Assembly (NCBI GenBank): GCA_049840735.1
Contig: JASGJN010000026.1
Location: forward strand, 1 to 64,000
Length of the DNA stretch: 64,000 nt
Source: Anaeromyxobacter sp.
GTDB lineage: Bacteria > Myxococcota > Myxococcia > Myxococcales > Anaeromyxobacteraceae
Reading direction: 5' to 3'
Made by a program: the position numbers and the translations under genes. Shown here one piece after another: positions 51,018 to 62,005 of this stretch; position 1 is the stretch's first letter; the number at the start of each line of letters is the position of its first letter. Under the pieces are notes generated by a model, which saw nothing but the letters and a program-made list of their open reading frames with translations, was not told where the DNA came from and did no database searches.

Positions 51018-52436
51018 CTACCCGATCACCTTCAGCCCGCCCCTGCCCTTGCCCTTCTTCGGCGCGGCGGGCGGCTTGGGAGGCAGCGGCTTGCGCGCGC
51101 GGGTCTCGTCGCGCTTCACCACCCGGCCGACCAGGTCGTAGTCGGACGCGTCGGTGATCTCGAGGGTGACGATCTCGCCGGGGAAGGCGACGCCGTCATT
51201 GATGTAGGTGATGCCGTCGATCTCCGGCGCCTGCTGGGCGTGGCGGCCGGCCAGGAGGTGCTCGGTCTCCTCCGACTTGCCCTCCACCAGCACCTCGACC
51301 TGGCGGCCGATCATGGCCTGCTGGTGGTCGCGGGAGATCTCGCGCTGGATGGACATGATCCGCTCCCAGCGCTCGCGCTTCAGCTCCGCCGGCAGCTGCC
51401 CCTCCATCTCGGCGGCGGGGGTGCCGTCCTCCGGCGAGTACTCGAAGACGCCCAGCCGCTCGAAGCGCTGCTCCTCCACGAAGCCGAGCAGGTCCTCGAA
51501 GTCCTCCTCGGTCTCGCCCGGGAGCCCGACGATGAGCGAGGTGCGCAGCGCCAGGCCGGGCACGCGCTCGCGCAGGCGGGCCAGCAGGTCGCGCAGGAAG
51601 ACCGAGTCCCGCCCGCGCTTCATCGACCGGAGCAGCCGGTCGGAGGAGTGCTGGAGCGGCATGTCCAGGTACTTCACGATCTTCTGCTCGCCCGCCATCA
51701 CGTCCATCAGCGCCGGCGGGACGTCGCGCGGGTAGGCGTAGTGCAGCCGGATCCAGCGGACGCCGTCCACCTTGCACAGCTCGGGCAGCAGGTGGTGCAA
51801 CCGGACCTTGCCCGGCAGGTCGTAGCCGTAGGCGGTGAGGTCCTGGGCCACCAGCGAGAGCTCGACCGTCCCCTGGGCGGCCAGGGCGGCGGCCTCGGCC
51901 AGGATGTCGTCCACCGATCGCGAGCGCTGCGGGCCGCGCAGCTTGGGGATGATGCAGAAGGCGCAGGCGTTGTCGCAGCCCTCGGAGATCTTGAGGTACG
52001 CGGTGTGCGAGGGGAGCGAGTTGACGCGCGGGGTCGAGGCGGAGTGGACGAAGTCCGGGTCCGGCACCACCAGGCGGCGGGCCTGCGCGTCGGAGACGAT
52101 CTGGGCCACGTCCTGGTAGGCGCCGGTGCCCAGGAAGTGGTCCACCTCCGGCAGCTCGGCCGCCAGCTCGTCCGCGTGACGCTGGACCAGGCAGCCGGTC
52201 ACCACCAGCTTCTTGCAGCGGCCGGAGCGCTTCAGCTCGGCCAGCTCGACGATGGCCTCGACCGACTCCTCCTTGGCGCTCTCGATGAAGCCGCAGGTGT
52301 TGACCACCACCACCTCGGCCTGGGCGGGATCCTGGACCAGCCGGTAGCCGGCCTGGGACAGGGTGCCGAGCATCACCTCGGAGTCGACCCGGTTCTTGGG
52401 GCAGCCGAGCGTGTGCATGTAGACGCGAGTAGCCAT
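51018..52436 (-). CDS. rimO: Ribosomal protein S12 methylthiotransferase
   Basis: [42 protein letters not shown]. Confidence 0.97.
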   Translation of the reverse strand: MATRVYMHTLGCPKNRVDSEVMLGTLSQAGYRLVQDPAQAEVVVVNTCGFIESAKEESVEAIVELAELKRSGRCKKLVVTGCLVQRHADELAAELPEVDHFLGTGAYQDVAQIVSDAQARRLVVPDPDFVHSASTPRVNSLPSHTAYLKISEGCDNACAFCIIPKLRGPQRSRSVDDILAEAAALAAQGTVELSLVAQDLTAYGYDLPGKVRLHHLLPELCKVDGVRWIRLHYAYPRDVPPALMDVMAGEQKIVKYLDMPLQHSSDRLLRSMKRGRDSVFLRDLLARLRERVPGLALRTSLIVGLPGETEEDFEDLLGFVEEQRFERLGVFEYSPEDGTPAAEMEGQLPAELKRERWERIMSIQREISRDHQQAMIGRQVEVLVEGKSEETEHLLAGRHAQQAPEIDGITYINDGVAFPGEIVTLEITDASDYDLVGRVVKRDETRARKPLPPKPPAAPKKGKGRGGLKVIG

Positions 52437-52610
52437 GGAGGGCGCGGGATCTAACAGACCGGACCGCCCCCGGCAATCCGGCCACCGGCGTACCCGCCCG
52501 CGCGTCCCGCCGCACACGCCCGGGCGTGTCCGTCCAGCCACCACACCGCCGAAACCGCCCATTTACCGGGGCACGCCGCCTCGGCCCGCCGCTTGCTCAA
52601 GGGCGGCGGC

Positions 52611-53894
52611 ATGCGACGACTGCTTGCGATCGGGTTCATCTGGCTCTGCTGCGCGGCCGCCTGGGGCATCCTGGGCGCCACACTCCTCGTCCGGAGCCAG
52701 GGCTCCACGAGCGGCATGGACCACCAGGTCCGGCAGCTCTGGGGACCGCCGCTGGTCCAGGCGCCCCCCTCGGCCAGCTGGACCGAGGTGCGGCGCGAGA
52801 AGCGGCCGGAGCGGCGCGTGGACGAGTCCAACAACACGGTCGTCACGGTGATGACCGAGGCGGACGTCACCACCACCACCCCGCTGCCGCTGGAGGCCTC
52901 GGACCTGCACGCCGCGCTCGACCTGGAGCACCGGAAGAAGGGGCTGGTCTGGTTCCCCACCTACGGCGTCCAGTTCGACGGGCGCTACACCTTCCACAAC
53001 CCGGACGCGGTGGCGCGCGAGGCGACCGTCCGGATCCCGGTGGTGCAGGGCGTCACCTACGACGGCTTCACCGTGAAGGGCGCCGACGGCACGCCCATCG
53101 AGGTGGCGTTCGAGGACGGCGAGGCGGTCTTCAAGCGCGTGCTGGCGCCGGGCGCCACGCTGCCCTTCACCGTCGGTTACCGCACCCGCGGCACCGCCCG
53201 CTGGAGCTACGGCCTGGAGGACCACGGCCTGGGCCCGGAACAAGGGCGGGCCCGGCACTTCAAGCTGGTGGTGGACACCAACTTCGAGAACGTGGACTTC
53301 CCGGCCGTGGGGCTCTCGCCCTCCGCGCACCAGGCCACGGGCGGCCGCTGGCAGGGCACCTGGGAGTTCGAGCAGATCGTCGGCACCAAGCCCGTCGCGG
53401 TGGAGCTGCCGCAGAAGCTCAACCCCGGCCCGCTGGCCGCCAAGATCACCTTCTTCGCGCCGGTGTCGCTGCTCTTCTTCATCTTCGTGACCGGGATGCT
53501 GCTGGCGGCGCGCCGCCGCTCGATCCACCCGGTGAACTACTTCCTGCTGGCCTGCGCCTTCTTCTCCTTCCACCTGCTCTTCGCCTACCTGATCGACCAC
53601 CTCGAGGTGGGCGTCTCCTTCGCCCTGGCCTCGCTGGTCTCGATCGCGCTGGTGGTGAGCTACGCGCGGCTCTTCGTGGGCTGGGGGCTGGCGGTGAAGC
53701 AGCTGGGCGTCTCGCAGCTGCTCTACCTGGTGCTCTTCTCCTTCAGCTTCTTCTGGGACGGGTTCACCGGCCTGGCCATCACCATCGGGGCCATCGCCAC
53801 GCTCTTCGTGGTGATGCAGCTGACCGGCAAGCTGGACTGGACCGAGGTGCTGGCGCGCAAGCCGGAGCCCGCGCCGCAGCCGCCGCCGCTGTAG
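52611..53894 (+). CDS. CreD-like inner membrane protein
   Basis: N-terminal TM, periplasmic domain, IHPVNY.L...F.FHLL..Y and six C-terminal TM helices. Confidence 0.75.
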   Translation: MRRLLAIGFIWLCCAAAWGILGATLLVRSQGSTSGMDHQVRQLWGPPLVQAPPSASWTEVRREKRPERRVDESNNTVVTVMTEADVTTTTPLPLEASDLHAALDLEHRKKGLVWFPTYGVQFDGRYTFHNPDAVAREATVRIPVVQGVTYDGFTVKGADGTPIEVAFEDGEAVFKRVLAPGATLPFTVGYRTRGTARWSYGLEDHGLGPEQGRARHFKLVVDTNFENVDFPAVGLSPSAHQATGGRWQGTWEFEQIVGTKPVAVELPQKLNPGPLAAKITFFAPVSLLFFIFVTGMLLAARRRSIHPVNYFLLACAFFSFHLLFAYLIDHLEVGVSFALASLVSIALVVSYARLFVGWGLAVKQLGVSQLLYLVLFSFSFFWDGFTGLAITIGAIATLFVVMQLTGKLDWTEVLARKPEPAPQPPPL

Positions 53895-53911
53895 CCGGCC
53901 GGGAGGACGCC

Positions 53912-54340
53912 ATGGACGTGCGGGTGATGCGGTCAGACGATCTGGCGCGGGTGCAGGCCCTGGCGGCGCAGCTGGGCTACCCGGTGGCGCAGGCGGCGCT
54001 GGAGGAGCGGTTCGCCGAGCTCTCCGGCCGCGCCGAGCACCTGCTGCTGGTGGCGCTGGAGCGCGGCGTGGTGGTGGGCTGGCTGCACGCCTTCACCACC
54101 GCCCCCATCTACCTGGCTGCCTTCGCCGAGGTGGCCGGCCTGGTGGTGGACGAGGCCCACCGCGGCCGCGGCGCCGGGGCCGCCCTGATGCACGAGGCCG
54201 AGCGCTGGGCGGCGCGCTGGCAGCTGGGCGAGGTCCGGCTGCGCAGCGCCGTGCACCGCGAGCAGGCGCATCGGTTCTACGAGCGGCTCGGCTATGCGCG
54301 GGTGAAGACGCAGCACACGTTTGTGCGGGGGGTGGGATAG
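53912..54340 (+). CDS. GNAT acetyltransferase
   Basis: QLGYP, LVVDEAHRGRGAG..LM, AHRFYERLGY; RBS GGAGG. Confidence 0.92.
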   Translation: MDVRVMRSDDLARVQALAAQLGYPVAQAALEERFAELSGRAEHLLLVALERGVVVGWLHAFTTAPIYLAAFAEVAGLVVDEAHRGRGAGAALMHEAERWAARWQLGEVRLRSAVHREQAHRFYERLGYARVKTQHTFVRGVG

Positions 54341-54449
54341 GGCGGGGATCAGCGGGCCGGACTCCCTCCCGGCCTGCTGGTCCCCGCGCCTGCGTGGCGC
54401 TGGACCGCCTTCGCCCCCCGGGCAACAATGGCTGCGGGGAGGGGCAACC

Positions 54450-55748
54450 TTGCACCTGGACATCAAGACCGCCCGCCTGCTCGCCGCGCTGCTGCTCTGC
54501 GCCGCTGCCGCCCGCGCAGAGGCGCTGGCGTATCCAACGCGCACGCTGGTGCAGCGGGTCTCCACGCCCTCGGGCTGGTTCTCGGTCTGGACCGGCGCGG
54601 ACGAGAAGACCGGCCAGCCGCTCTACTGGGCGACGCTCGACGCCGACGTGCTCTTCCCGCTGGGGCCGGACCGGCTGTCCATCGACGGCCAGGAGCCGGC
54701 CTCGCCGGGCGCAATGGCGCGGCTGGTGGTGGTGCGGACCACGCCCGCGGGCGCGAAGTGTCCGGCGGGCTGGCGCGTGCTGGATGCGCGGCTGGGCGCG
54801 CACGCCCGCATCTCCGAGCCGGTGGGGGCCTGCCGGCGCGAGGTGACGATCTCCGGCGAGGGCAACGGCTGGGAGCTGCGGCTGCCCGCCGGCGAGGGCG
54901 CGCCGGAGGAGGTCTACGCCTACGACCGCGGCCGGCTGGTACCCATCGGAAAGCTCACGCTGCGACAGGCGGTGGCGCTGGGGCAGGCGCGCGGGGTGGA
55001 GCTGGCGCTGGCGCGCGGGGAGCCGCCCGACTCGCCCGGCCGGGAGGGCTGCCCGGTGCTCACGCAGGCGGCCACCGCCGGGCACGCCGAGGTGGTGCGG
55101 CTGCTGCTGGCGCGCGGCGCCCGGCCGGACAGCCCGAAGCCGGGCCGCTGCTCGCCGCTGCTCACGCCGGGCTCGACGGAGGTGGCGCGGCTGCTGCTCG
55201 CAGCCGGTGCCTCGGTCTCGGTCCGCGGGGTGGAGGCGCGCACGCCGCTCCTGGAGGCGGCGGCCCGCGGTCAGGCGGAGCTGGCGGGGCTGCTGCTCGA
55301 TCAGCGCGCCCGGCTCGAGGACCACGACGACGGCGGGCGCACCGCGCTGGCGCTCGCGGTCCACGGAGGGGACGCCGCCACCATCCAGCTGCTGCTGGAC
55401 AGGGGCGCGCTGGTGGACGGCCGCGACGGGGCCGGCGAGACGGCGCTCTGGTACGCGGTGGCCGCGGCCGATCGCGCGCTGGCCGGGCGGCTGCTCGACG
55501 CCGGCGCGAACCCCAACCTGCCGGTCGGAGAGGACCGCGAGACGGTGCTGATGAAGGCGGCGGGGCTGGGCGACCTGGAGCTGGTGAAGCTGCTCCTGGC
55601 CCACGGCGCCGATCGCGCCGCGCAGAGCCGGGACGGCTGGGTGGCGGCGGACTACCCGCGCGGCGCCGCTCGCAAGGCGCTGGTACCGCTGCTGCGCGCG
55701 CCGGAGCCGGGGGCCGGGGCAGGCGCGCCGGGGTCGCTGCGGCTCTAG
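54450..55748 (+). CDS. Secreted ankyrin-repeat protein
   Basis: Signal-like N-terminus, about six ankyrin repeats (TPLLEAA, GRTALALA, GETALWYA, ETVLMKAA); TTG start after GGAGG. Confidence 0.85.
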   Translation: MHLDIKTARLLAALLLCAAAARAEALAYPTRTLVQRVSTPSGWFSVWTGADEKTGQPLYWATLDADVLFPLGPDRLSIDGQEPASPGAMARLVVVRTTPAGAKCPAGWRVLDARLGAHARISEPVGACRREVTISGEGNGWELRLPAGEGAPEEVYAYDRGRLVPIGKLTLRQAVALGQARGVELALARGEPPDSPGREGCPVLTQAATAGHAEVVRLLLARGARPDSPKPGRCSPLLTPGSTEVARLLLAAGASVSVRGVEARTPLLEAAARGQAELAGLLLDQRARLEDHDDGGRTALALAVHGGDAATIQLLLDRGALVDGRDGAGETALWYAVAAADRALAGRLLDAGANPNLPVGEDRETVLMKAAGLGDLELVKLLLAHGADRAAQSRDGWVAADYPRGAARKALVPLLRAPEPGAGAGAPGSLRL

Positions 55749-55941
55749 CGTGCCTGCCAGACGAGATCCGGGCTGGACCAGCCGTACTCACCCTGCTGAC
55801 CGTAGCGGTAGCGCAGGTGTCCGCGGCCACAAGGCTACCACGCGGTGAACCAGCGCTCCGCGCCGCCGCTCCCGCCCTCGTTCTCCTCGGTCGCAGCGCG
55901 CCCAGAGGGCTCGCGACGTCGTCCCCCGCCCGCGGGCGCAC

Positions 55942-57528
55942 CTACCCCGCCGCCCGCAGCGTGACGTGAAACGCGCTGCCCTGCCCCAGCCAGCTCTCGG
56001 CGGCGAGGGCGCCGCCGTGGGCCTCCACCAGCCGGCGCGTGATGTAGAGCCCCAGGCCGAGCCCCTCCGCGCTGCGCGCGCTGGGGCTCCGGTAGAACCG
56101 CTCGAAGAGCCGCGGCAGCTCCTCCTGCGGGATGCCGGGGCCGTGGTCGCGGACGGTCAGGCGGACGGTGTCCGGCACCGGGCCGGGCGCCGCGGTCACC
56201 TCCACCGGCTGGTCCACCGGCGAGTACTTGAGCGCGTTGGTGAGCAGGTTGACCAGCACCCGCTCCAGCCGCGCCGGGTCGGCCAGCGCCGGCGCCAGCA
56301 CCTCGGGCACGGCGGTCCGGATCCGCTCCACCGCGAGCGCCCCGCGCAGCCGGTCGCGCAGCTCGGCCACGAAGGGCGAGAGCGGCACCGGGCGGGGCGA
56401 CACCTTGACCTGCCCGGACTCCAGCCGGATCACCTCGACCAGGTCCTCGATCATGGCCGACATGCGGTGGGTGCTGGTCTGGAGCGCCTGGGCCCGGCGC
56501 AGGACCACCGCCGGATCCTCCGGGCGGCGGGCCAGCATCTGCGCCTGGGCGGAGATCACCGTCAGCGGCGTGCGCAGGTCGTGCGAGATGGCCCGCATCA
56601 GGTCCTCGCGCTGGTCCTGCAGCTCGCGCAGCCGGGTGATGTCCGAGAAGGTGGTGACCGCGCCGCGCAGCTCGCCATCCAGGCCGCTCAGCGGCGCGGC
56701 GGAGATGGTGGCCCAGAAGGCCGGCCGGCTGCCGTCCAGCCGCCGGAAGCAGACCTCGCTGCCGCGCACCACCTCGCCGCGCAGCGCGCGCGTGGTGGGG
56801 TGCTGGTCGAAGGGGAGGAGCGCGCCGCTGGAGGCGCGCAGCTCGAACAGCGCCAGCCGCTCGCGGGCCGGGAGCGCCTGCTCCGCGGCGCTGTAGCCCA
56901 GCAGCCGCTGCGCGGTCGCGTTGAGGCGGGCCACGCGCCCGGAGGGATTGGTGATTACCAGGCCGTCGGCGATCGACTCCAGCACCGCGTCCAGCTCGGA
57001 GGCGCGGCGCCGGGCCTCGTCGGCGGCGGCCTCCGCCGAAGCCCGGCTGACCTCGGCGGCCCGCTGCACCAGCTCGGCCTCCAGCACCTTCTCGCGCTCG
57101 CGGGCCAGCTCCGCCTCGCGGCGGCGCGCCAGCACCTCGCCGGTCCGGTCGAGCAGGTGGAGCGCGATGGCGGCCGGGTCCCCGGCCCGGCCGATGATGG
57201 GCTGCATCGAGGAGCTCAGGTAGACCACCTCGGGCGGCCCGGCCACGTCGCGCAGCAGCTCGAGGCGCCGCTCGTGCTCCACCACCGGGAGCCCGGAGGC
57301 CCGGGCCCGCTCCAGCAGCGGGAGCACCTCGGCGGCGTGCTCGGGGAAGACCTGGGCGAAGGTCCGGCCCACCACCTCGCGCCCGCCGGCCAGCGTCAGG
57401 TACGCGCGGTTGGCGTAGGTGAAGGCGTAGTCCGGCCCCTCCAGCAGCGCCAGCGCGGCCGGGCCGGTGTCGAGCAGCGCCCGCGCGATCCACGGGAGTG
57501 AGCGTTCGCTGTCCGGAGAGTCCGCCAT
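55942..57528 (-). CDS. Cytoplasmic PAS-PAS histidine kinase (orphan)
   Basis: Two PAS domains, [32 protein letters not shown]. Confidence 0.93.
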   Translation of the reverse strand: MADSPDSERSLPWIARALLDTGPAALALLEGPDYAFTYANRAYLTLAGGREVVGRTFAQVFPEHAAEVLPLLERARASGLPVVEHERRLELLRDVAGPPEVVYLSSSMQPIIGRAGDPAAIALHLLDRTGEVLARRREAELAREREKVLEAELVQRAAEVSRASAEAAADEARRRASELDAVLESIADGLVITNPSGRVARLNATAQRLLGYSAAEQALPARERLALFELRASSGALLPFDQHPTTRALRGEVVRGSEVCFRRLDGSRPAFWATISAAPLSGLDGELRGAVTTFSDITRLRELQDQREDLMRAISHDLRTPLTVISAQAQMLARRPEDPAVVLRRAQALQTSTHRMSAMIEDLVEVIRLESGQVKVSPRPVPLSPFVAELRDRLRGALAVERIRTAVPEVLAPALADPARLERVLVNLLTNALKYSPVDQPVEVTAAPGPVPDTVRLTVRDHGPGIPQEELPRLFERFYRSPSARSAEGLGLGLYITRRLVEAHGGALAAESWLGQGSAFHVTLRAAG

Positions 57529-57643
57529 CGCCGTCGTGCACCGAGCGGAGCCGGAGGACGGCTCCAGCTCCCACCCCGGGAGCCGGCGCAGGTTACCACG
57601 GCGGGCCCACGCCCCGGAGCGGCGGCGGCCCCGCCGCTGCGAC

Positions 57644-58132
57644 CTATTCGCGGAAGTTCTGGAACTGGAGCGGGATCTTGAGCCCGCCCTGGCGGATGGC
57701 CTGGATGGCGGCCTGCAGGTCGTCGCGCTTCTTCCCCGTCACGCGGACCGCCTCGCCCTGGATGGCGGCCTGGACCTTGAGCCCCGACTCCTTCACCACG
57801 GCCACGATCTTCTTCGCGTCCTCCGACTTGAGGCCGCGCTTCAGCTTGATGAGCTGCCGCACCGCGCCCATCGAGGCCGGCTCCACCTTCTGCGGGTCCA
57901 CGCCCTCCAGCGGCACGCCGCGCTTGGCCAGCTTCTCCAGCAGCACCTGCAGCGCCGCCTCGGCGCGCCCCTCCGAGCCCGCCTTGACGAGGACGTTCAG
58001 CTCCTTGTCCCGCTCCAGGTCGGTGTTCGTGCCCTTGAAGTCGAACCGCTGCGCGATCTCCTTCCGCGCCTGGTTGAAGGCGTTCTCCACCTCCATCATG
58101 TTCAGGTCGGACACCACGTCGAAGCTGGGCAT
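57644..58132 (-). CDS. yajQ: YajQ nucleotide-binding protein
   Basis: MPSFDVVS, RFDFKG, VRVTGKKRDDLQ, LQFQNFRE. Confidence 0.97.
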   Translation of the reverse strand: MPSFDVVSDLNMMEVENAFNQARKEIAQRFDFKGTNTDLERDKELNVLVKAGSEGRAEAALQVLLEKLAKRGVPLEGVDPQKVEPASMGAVRQLIKLKRGLKSEDAKKIVAVVKESGLKVQAAIQGEAVRVTGKKRDDLQAAIQAIRQGGLKIPLQFQNFRE

Positions 58133-58162
58133 GTCGGCGGCACCTCGGTCGTTCGGATCCGG

Positions 58163-59815
58163 TCAGAGCTCCAGCACCACCGGTAGCACGGTCGGGCGCC
58201 GCCCGGTGGTCCTGCGGAAGTGCCGGCGCACCGCCAGGCGGAGCGCCTCCTGCACCTCGGCCACGTCGGCGCGCGCCTGCGGCGACAGCTCCTCCAGCGC
58301 CCGCGCCACCTCGCCGCGCAGCTCGTCCTCGTTCCCCTCGAAGCCGGCCACGCCGCGGGCGAACAGCTCCGGCCCGCGCACCACCGCGCCGGTGGCCTTC
58401 TCCACCGCCAGCACCGCGATGCAGAGGCCGGCCTCGGCCAGCAGCCGCCGGTCCTTCACCACCATGGCGCCGATGTCCGCGCCCAGCAGCGCGTCGCGGT
58501 CGGTGTAGACGCGGCCGGTGGGGATGGGCTCCGCCAGCACGCCGGCGCCCAGGTCGGTCAGCTCCAGCACCTGCCCGTCCACCAGGATGTCGCGGCGGCG
58601 CACGCCCTCGGCGGCGGCGTGCGCGGCGTGGCGGGCCAGGTGGCGGTACTCGCCGTGGATGGGGACGAAGTGGTCCGGGCGGGCCAGCTGGATGAGCCGG
58701 CGCTGCTCCGCCTCCTGGGCGTGGCCGGAGACGTGGAGCGGGCGCAGGCTCTCGTAGACCACCTCGGCGCCGCGGCGGCAGAGCGCGTTGACCACCTGCC
58801 CGACCGCCACCTCGTTGCCGGGGATGAAGCGGGAGGAGAGGATCACCAGGTCGCCGGGCTTCACCTCCAGCTCCGGGTGCTCGCCGCGCGCCAGCCGCGC
58901 CAGGGCGCTGCGCGGCTCGCCCTGCGTGCCGGTGGTGAGCACGCACAGCTCGCGCGGCGGCAGCCCGCGCGCCTCGTCGGCGGAGACCGGCATCCAGCCC
59001 GGCATGTCCAGGTAGCCGAGCTGCTGGGCGATCCGGACGTTGGCCTCCATGGCCCGCCCCAGGAACGCCACCCGCCGGCCGAAGGCGCGCGCGGCGTTCA
59101 CGATGCCCTGGATGCGGTGGACGTTGGAGGCGAAGCAGGCCACGAAGACGCGGCCGCGGGCCCCCTCGAACGCCTCCTCCAGCGCCGGCCCGACGGCCGC
59201 CTCGGAGAGCGAGGTGCCGGCCCGCTCGGCGTTGGTGGAGTCGGAGAGGAGCAGCCGCACGCCCTCCCGGCCCAGCGCCTCGATGCGGGCCAGGTCCATG
59301 CCCCGCCCGCCCAGCGGCGTGGGGTCGATCTTGAAGTCGCCGGAGTGGAGGATGGTCCCCTGCGGCGTGCGCAGCGCCAGGCCGCAGGCGTCGGGGATGG
59401 AGTGGGTGACGGAGAAGAACTCGGCCGCGATGGGGCAGGCCTCGCCCGCCTCGCGCACGTCGCCGGGGAGGACCTCGCGCAGGTCGGCCTTCACGCCGGC
59501 CTCGTCCAGGCGCGGCCGGAGCAGCTCCAGCGTGAAGCGGGTGGCGTAGACCGGGACCGGGATCTCGCGGAGCAGGAAGGGCACCGCGCCCACGTGGTCC
59601 TCGTGGCCGTGGGTGAGGAAGATGGCGCCGACCTGCTCCCGCCGCTCCCGCAGCCAGGACAGGTCGGGCGCGATCACGTCCACGCCGATGGGCTCGTTGG
59701 GGAAGAGGATGCCGCAGTCGAGCACGGCGATGCGGCCGTCGGTCTCGACGGCCATGCAGTTCATGCCGATCTCGCCGAGGCCGCCGAGCGGCAGGATCCT
59801 GACGGGCGGAGCCAC
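58163..59815 (-). CDS. rnj: Ribonuclease J
   Basis: PLGGLGEIGMN, THGHEDHVG, HSIPD, SDSTN, HVSGHA, PIHGEYRH. Confidence 0.97.
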   Translation of the reverse strand: MAPPVRILPLGGLGEIGMNCMAVETDGRIAVLDCGILFPNEPIGVDVIAPDLSWLRERREQVGAIFLTHGHEDHVGAVPFLLREIPVPVYATRFTLELLRPRLDEAGVKADLREVLPGDVREAGEACPIAAEFFSVTHSIPDACGLALRTPQGTILHSGDFKIDPTPLGGRGMDLARIEALGREGVRLLLSDSTNAERAGTSLSEAAVGPALEEAFEGARGRVFVACFASNVHRIQGIVNAARAFGRRVAFLGRAMEANVRIAQQLGYLDMPGWMPVSADEARGLPPRELCVLTTGTQGEPRSALARLARGEHPELEVKPGDLVILSSRFIPGNEVAVGQVVNALCRRGAEVVYESLRPLHVSGHAQEAEQRRLIQLARPDHFVPIHGEYRHLARHAAHAAAEGVRRRDILVDGQVLELTDLGAGVLAEPIPTGRVYTDRDALLGADIGAMVVKDRRLLAEAGLCIAVLAVEKATGAVVRGPELFARGVAGFEGNEDELRGEVARALEELSPQARADVAEVQEALRLAVRRHFRRTTGRRPTVLPVVLEL

Positions 59816-60038
59816 GCCCGGAATCTACCCCTGGCCCGATCCCGGCGGACAGCCAAAGAGATGCGAAGACATCGGCGGGAGAGAGGGCCGGCTCCCTGGT
59901 TCCGGCCCACTCCCCCGCCGCGTGGCAGACCAGGCGCCGGCGGTCGGCGCCCCCGTTCCGCTCACGGTGATAAGAGGAGCGGGGCGGCGGTTCGTGACCG
60001 GACCAGCCGGGCTGCGACCACCTGCCCCGCTCGCTCGC

Positions 60039-61529
60039 CTACTTCAGCTCACCGGAGGCGGCCTTGAAGACCTTCTCCATCAGCTCGCTCGAGCCCTTCT
60101 CGAAGGCGGCCATCTCCTTCCAGCCCTGGCGCACCCCCTCCTGCACCAGGCGCTGCAGCTCCTTCTCCTCCGGGGCGCGGGCCGGGCGCTGCAGCGGGGA
60201 GAACTTCTCCAGCAGCACCTTCATGACGCCGCCCAGGGCGAACTGCTCGTGGAGGTACGGGCCGCGGAAGGGGGGCGGGTCGGGCTGCGGGATGGGCAGC
60301 CGGACGGCCTCCTGCAGCGCCCGGTCGTAGAAGCCGTGGACGAACTGGCTGACCGTGCACTGCGAGGCGCGCCGGCCCAGCGCGTCCACCGCCGCGCCGC
60401 CCAGCACCAGGATGGGCGCGTCGGCGGTCAGCTCGCGGAAGGGCGGCGTGAAGATGAGGCCGTGGGCGGCGCGGTAGGCCATGGCGGAGATGGTGGCGCT
60501 GCGGGAGAGCCAGAGCCCCACGTTCCAGTAGTAGTTGTGGATCCGGTCCACGGTGGCGCCGGCCGGGAAGCCCAGCAGGTTGATGTTGAACCAGTGGTGC
60601 CAGGTGGCGTCCACCACGATGCGCCCCACCCCCTGCGCGTGCCCCTCGTAGGCGCCCAGCACGCCGAAGCGCTTGCCGTTCACCGGCCCGAAGCCGTCGG
60701 TGTTGGTGTGCGGGATGACGTCGGCCCAGGCGATGACCTCGGGCCCCTGGCCGCCCGGCCAGTCGGCGTTCCCGGCCACGCTGGCCGGCGCCACGATCTC
60801 CCCCTCGTGCATGTGGTCGGGGAGGATGTCGATCACGCCGGTCCGGCCGCAGAGCACCGGGTGCGGCCGGCGGCGGTCGATGAACACGAAGGGCGACCAC
60901 ACGTGGTACAGCCGCGGGACGATCTTCTGCGGCACCTCGTCCGACTGGTCGTTGAACTGGAAGCCGGCCGAGGGGCCCTCCCTGCAGGTGTCGTGGCGGT
61001 TCACCCCCGACTGCGGGGGCGGGGCGCCGGCCGGGCCCCCGGACTTCCAGCGCCGCATCTCCTTGACGCGCGGCAGCTCGGAGCAGAGCCCGGCGCCCAG
61101 GTCGGCGTGGTCCCCCATGGCCAGGACGCCGCCGCCGCCGTCCATGAAGGCGCGCAGCGCGGCGAGCTCCCCGAGCGGCAGCGCGTCGAACGCGCCGGTC
61201 ACACCGAAGAGCCAGATTTGATCGAAGGAGGAGAGGGCCACCGGCGGGCTGTCGAAGTGGAAGTTGTCGTGGTGCGGGACGGCGGCGTCCTCGAACCGGG
61301 CGCCGCTGGTCCGGTGCGCCGTGGTGATGTCGAAGCGGACCCACCACCAGGGGTCGGTGCGCATCGCCGTGATGGCGCGCCCCAGGCCGAACGAGGCCAC
61401 CGAGTCGAACGAGCCGCCGCCGTCGGTGACGATCAGGATCTTCGTCGGCACCGGGCGCAGCAGCCAGTCGAGCCGGGTGAGCTCGCGGGTCTCGAGATCG
61501 AACAGCTCCTTCTCGCGGATACGGTCCAT
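60039..61529 (-). CDS. Uncharacterised 496-aa protein, possibly class I glutamine amidotransferase-like fold
   Basis: Strong codon bias, RBS GGGGAAGAG; FDQIWLFG, FMDGGGGVLAMGDH, GRIVVDATWHHW. Confidence 0.75.
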   Translation of the reverse strand: MDRIREKELFDLETRELTRLDWLLRPVPTKILIVTDGGGSFDSVASFGLGRAITAMRTDPWWWVRFDITTAHRTSGARFEDAAVPHHDNFHFDSPPVALSSFDQIWLFGVTGAFDALPLGELAALRAFMDGGGGVLAMGDHADLGAGLCSELPRVKEMRRWKSGGPAGAPPPQSGVNRHDTCREGPSAGFQFNDQSDEVPQKIVPRLYHVWSPFVFIDRRRPHPVLCGRTGVIDILPDHMHEGEIVAPASVAGNADWPGGQGPEVIAWADVIPHTNTDGFGPVNGKRFGVLGAYEGHAQGVGRIVVDATWHHWFNINLLGFPAGATVDRIHNYYWNVGLWLSRSATISAMAYRAAHGLIFTPPFRELTADAPILVLGGAAVDALGRRASQCTVSQFVHGFYDRALQEAVRLPIPQPDPPPFRGPYLHEQFALGGVMKVLLEKFSPLQRPARAPEEKELQRLVQEGVRQGWKEMAAFEKGSSELMEKVFKAASGELK

Positions 61530-61805
61530 GGTTCTCTTCCCCCCCGCGCCTGCGGCGCGAGTCCACGCGAAGCCGGCATGACTCCGAGTGCAGGCGGCGA
61601 TCTGCGCGCGGTGGCGGGCACCCACAAGGCCCCGGAGCGTGCAAGCATGTCTTTCACGACGAGTGACACGCAGGCGCGGGACGCCTGGAAGCGCTCACAC
61701 TGCGAGTGCGATCAGAGGGGTGGGGGGATGTGACGGCGGAGCGGAGGCCGGGAAGGGGCAGCGAGGGTCGATCGGGCCGGACTCGTCGCACCGCTCGTGG
61801 TGAGC

Positions 61806-61951
61806 GCGGGGCCCTTGGCCTTCGACTCCGCCGCCGCTGCGCGGCGGCTACGCTCAGGCCGAACGGACGACCAGGCGGACCGTGGACCCAAAGCGTTCGG
61901 CCTGAGCGTAGGGCCTGCTCCGCAGGCCCGGAGTCGAAGGCCAGGGCCCGC
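61806..61951. repeat. Inverted REP doublet (REPIN/BIME-like)
   Basis: Minus copy 61817-61866 and plus copy 61894-61942, with different inner hairpins and complementary outer flanks. Confidence 0.9.
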
Positions 61952-62005
61952 TTCCATGCTGCGCTCGGCAACCGTCACCCAGATCGACTATGTTCCGCCC
62001 CCTGC

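Noticed and set aside
59940..59980. SAM-I riboswitch suggested by CTCTTATC on the minus strand
   Set aside because: The downstream SAM-I core (GAGGGA..GGCCC, GCAACC, GTGC) is absent and the context is rnj.
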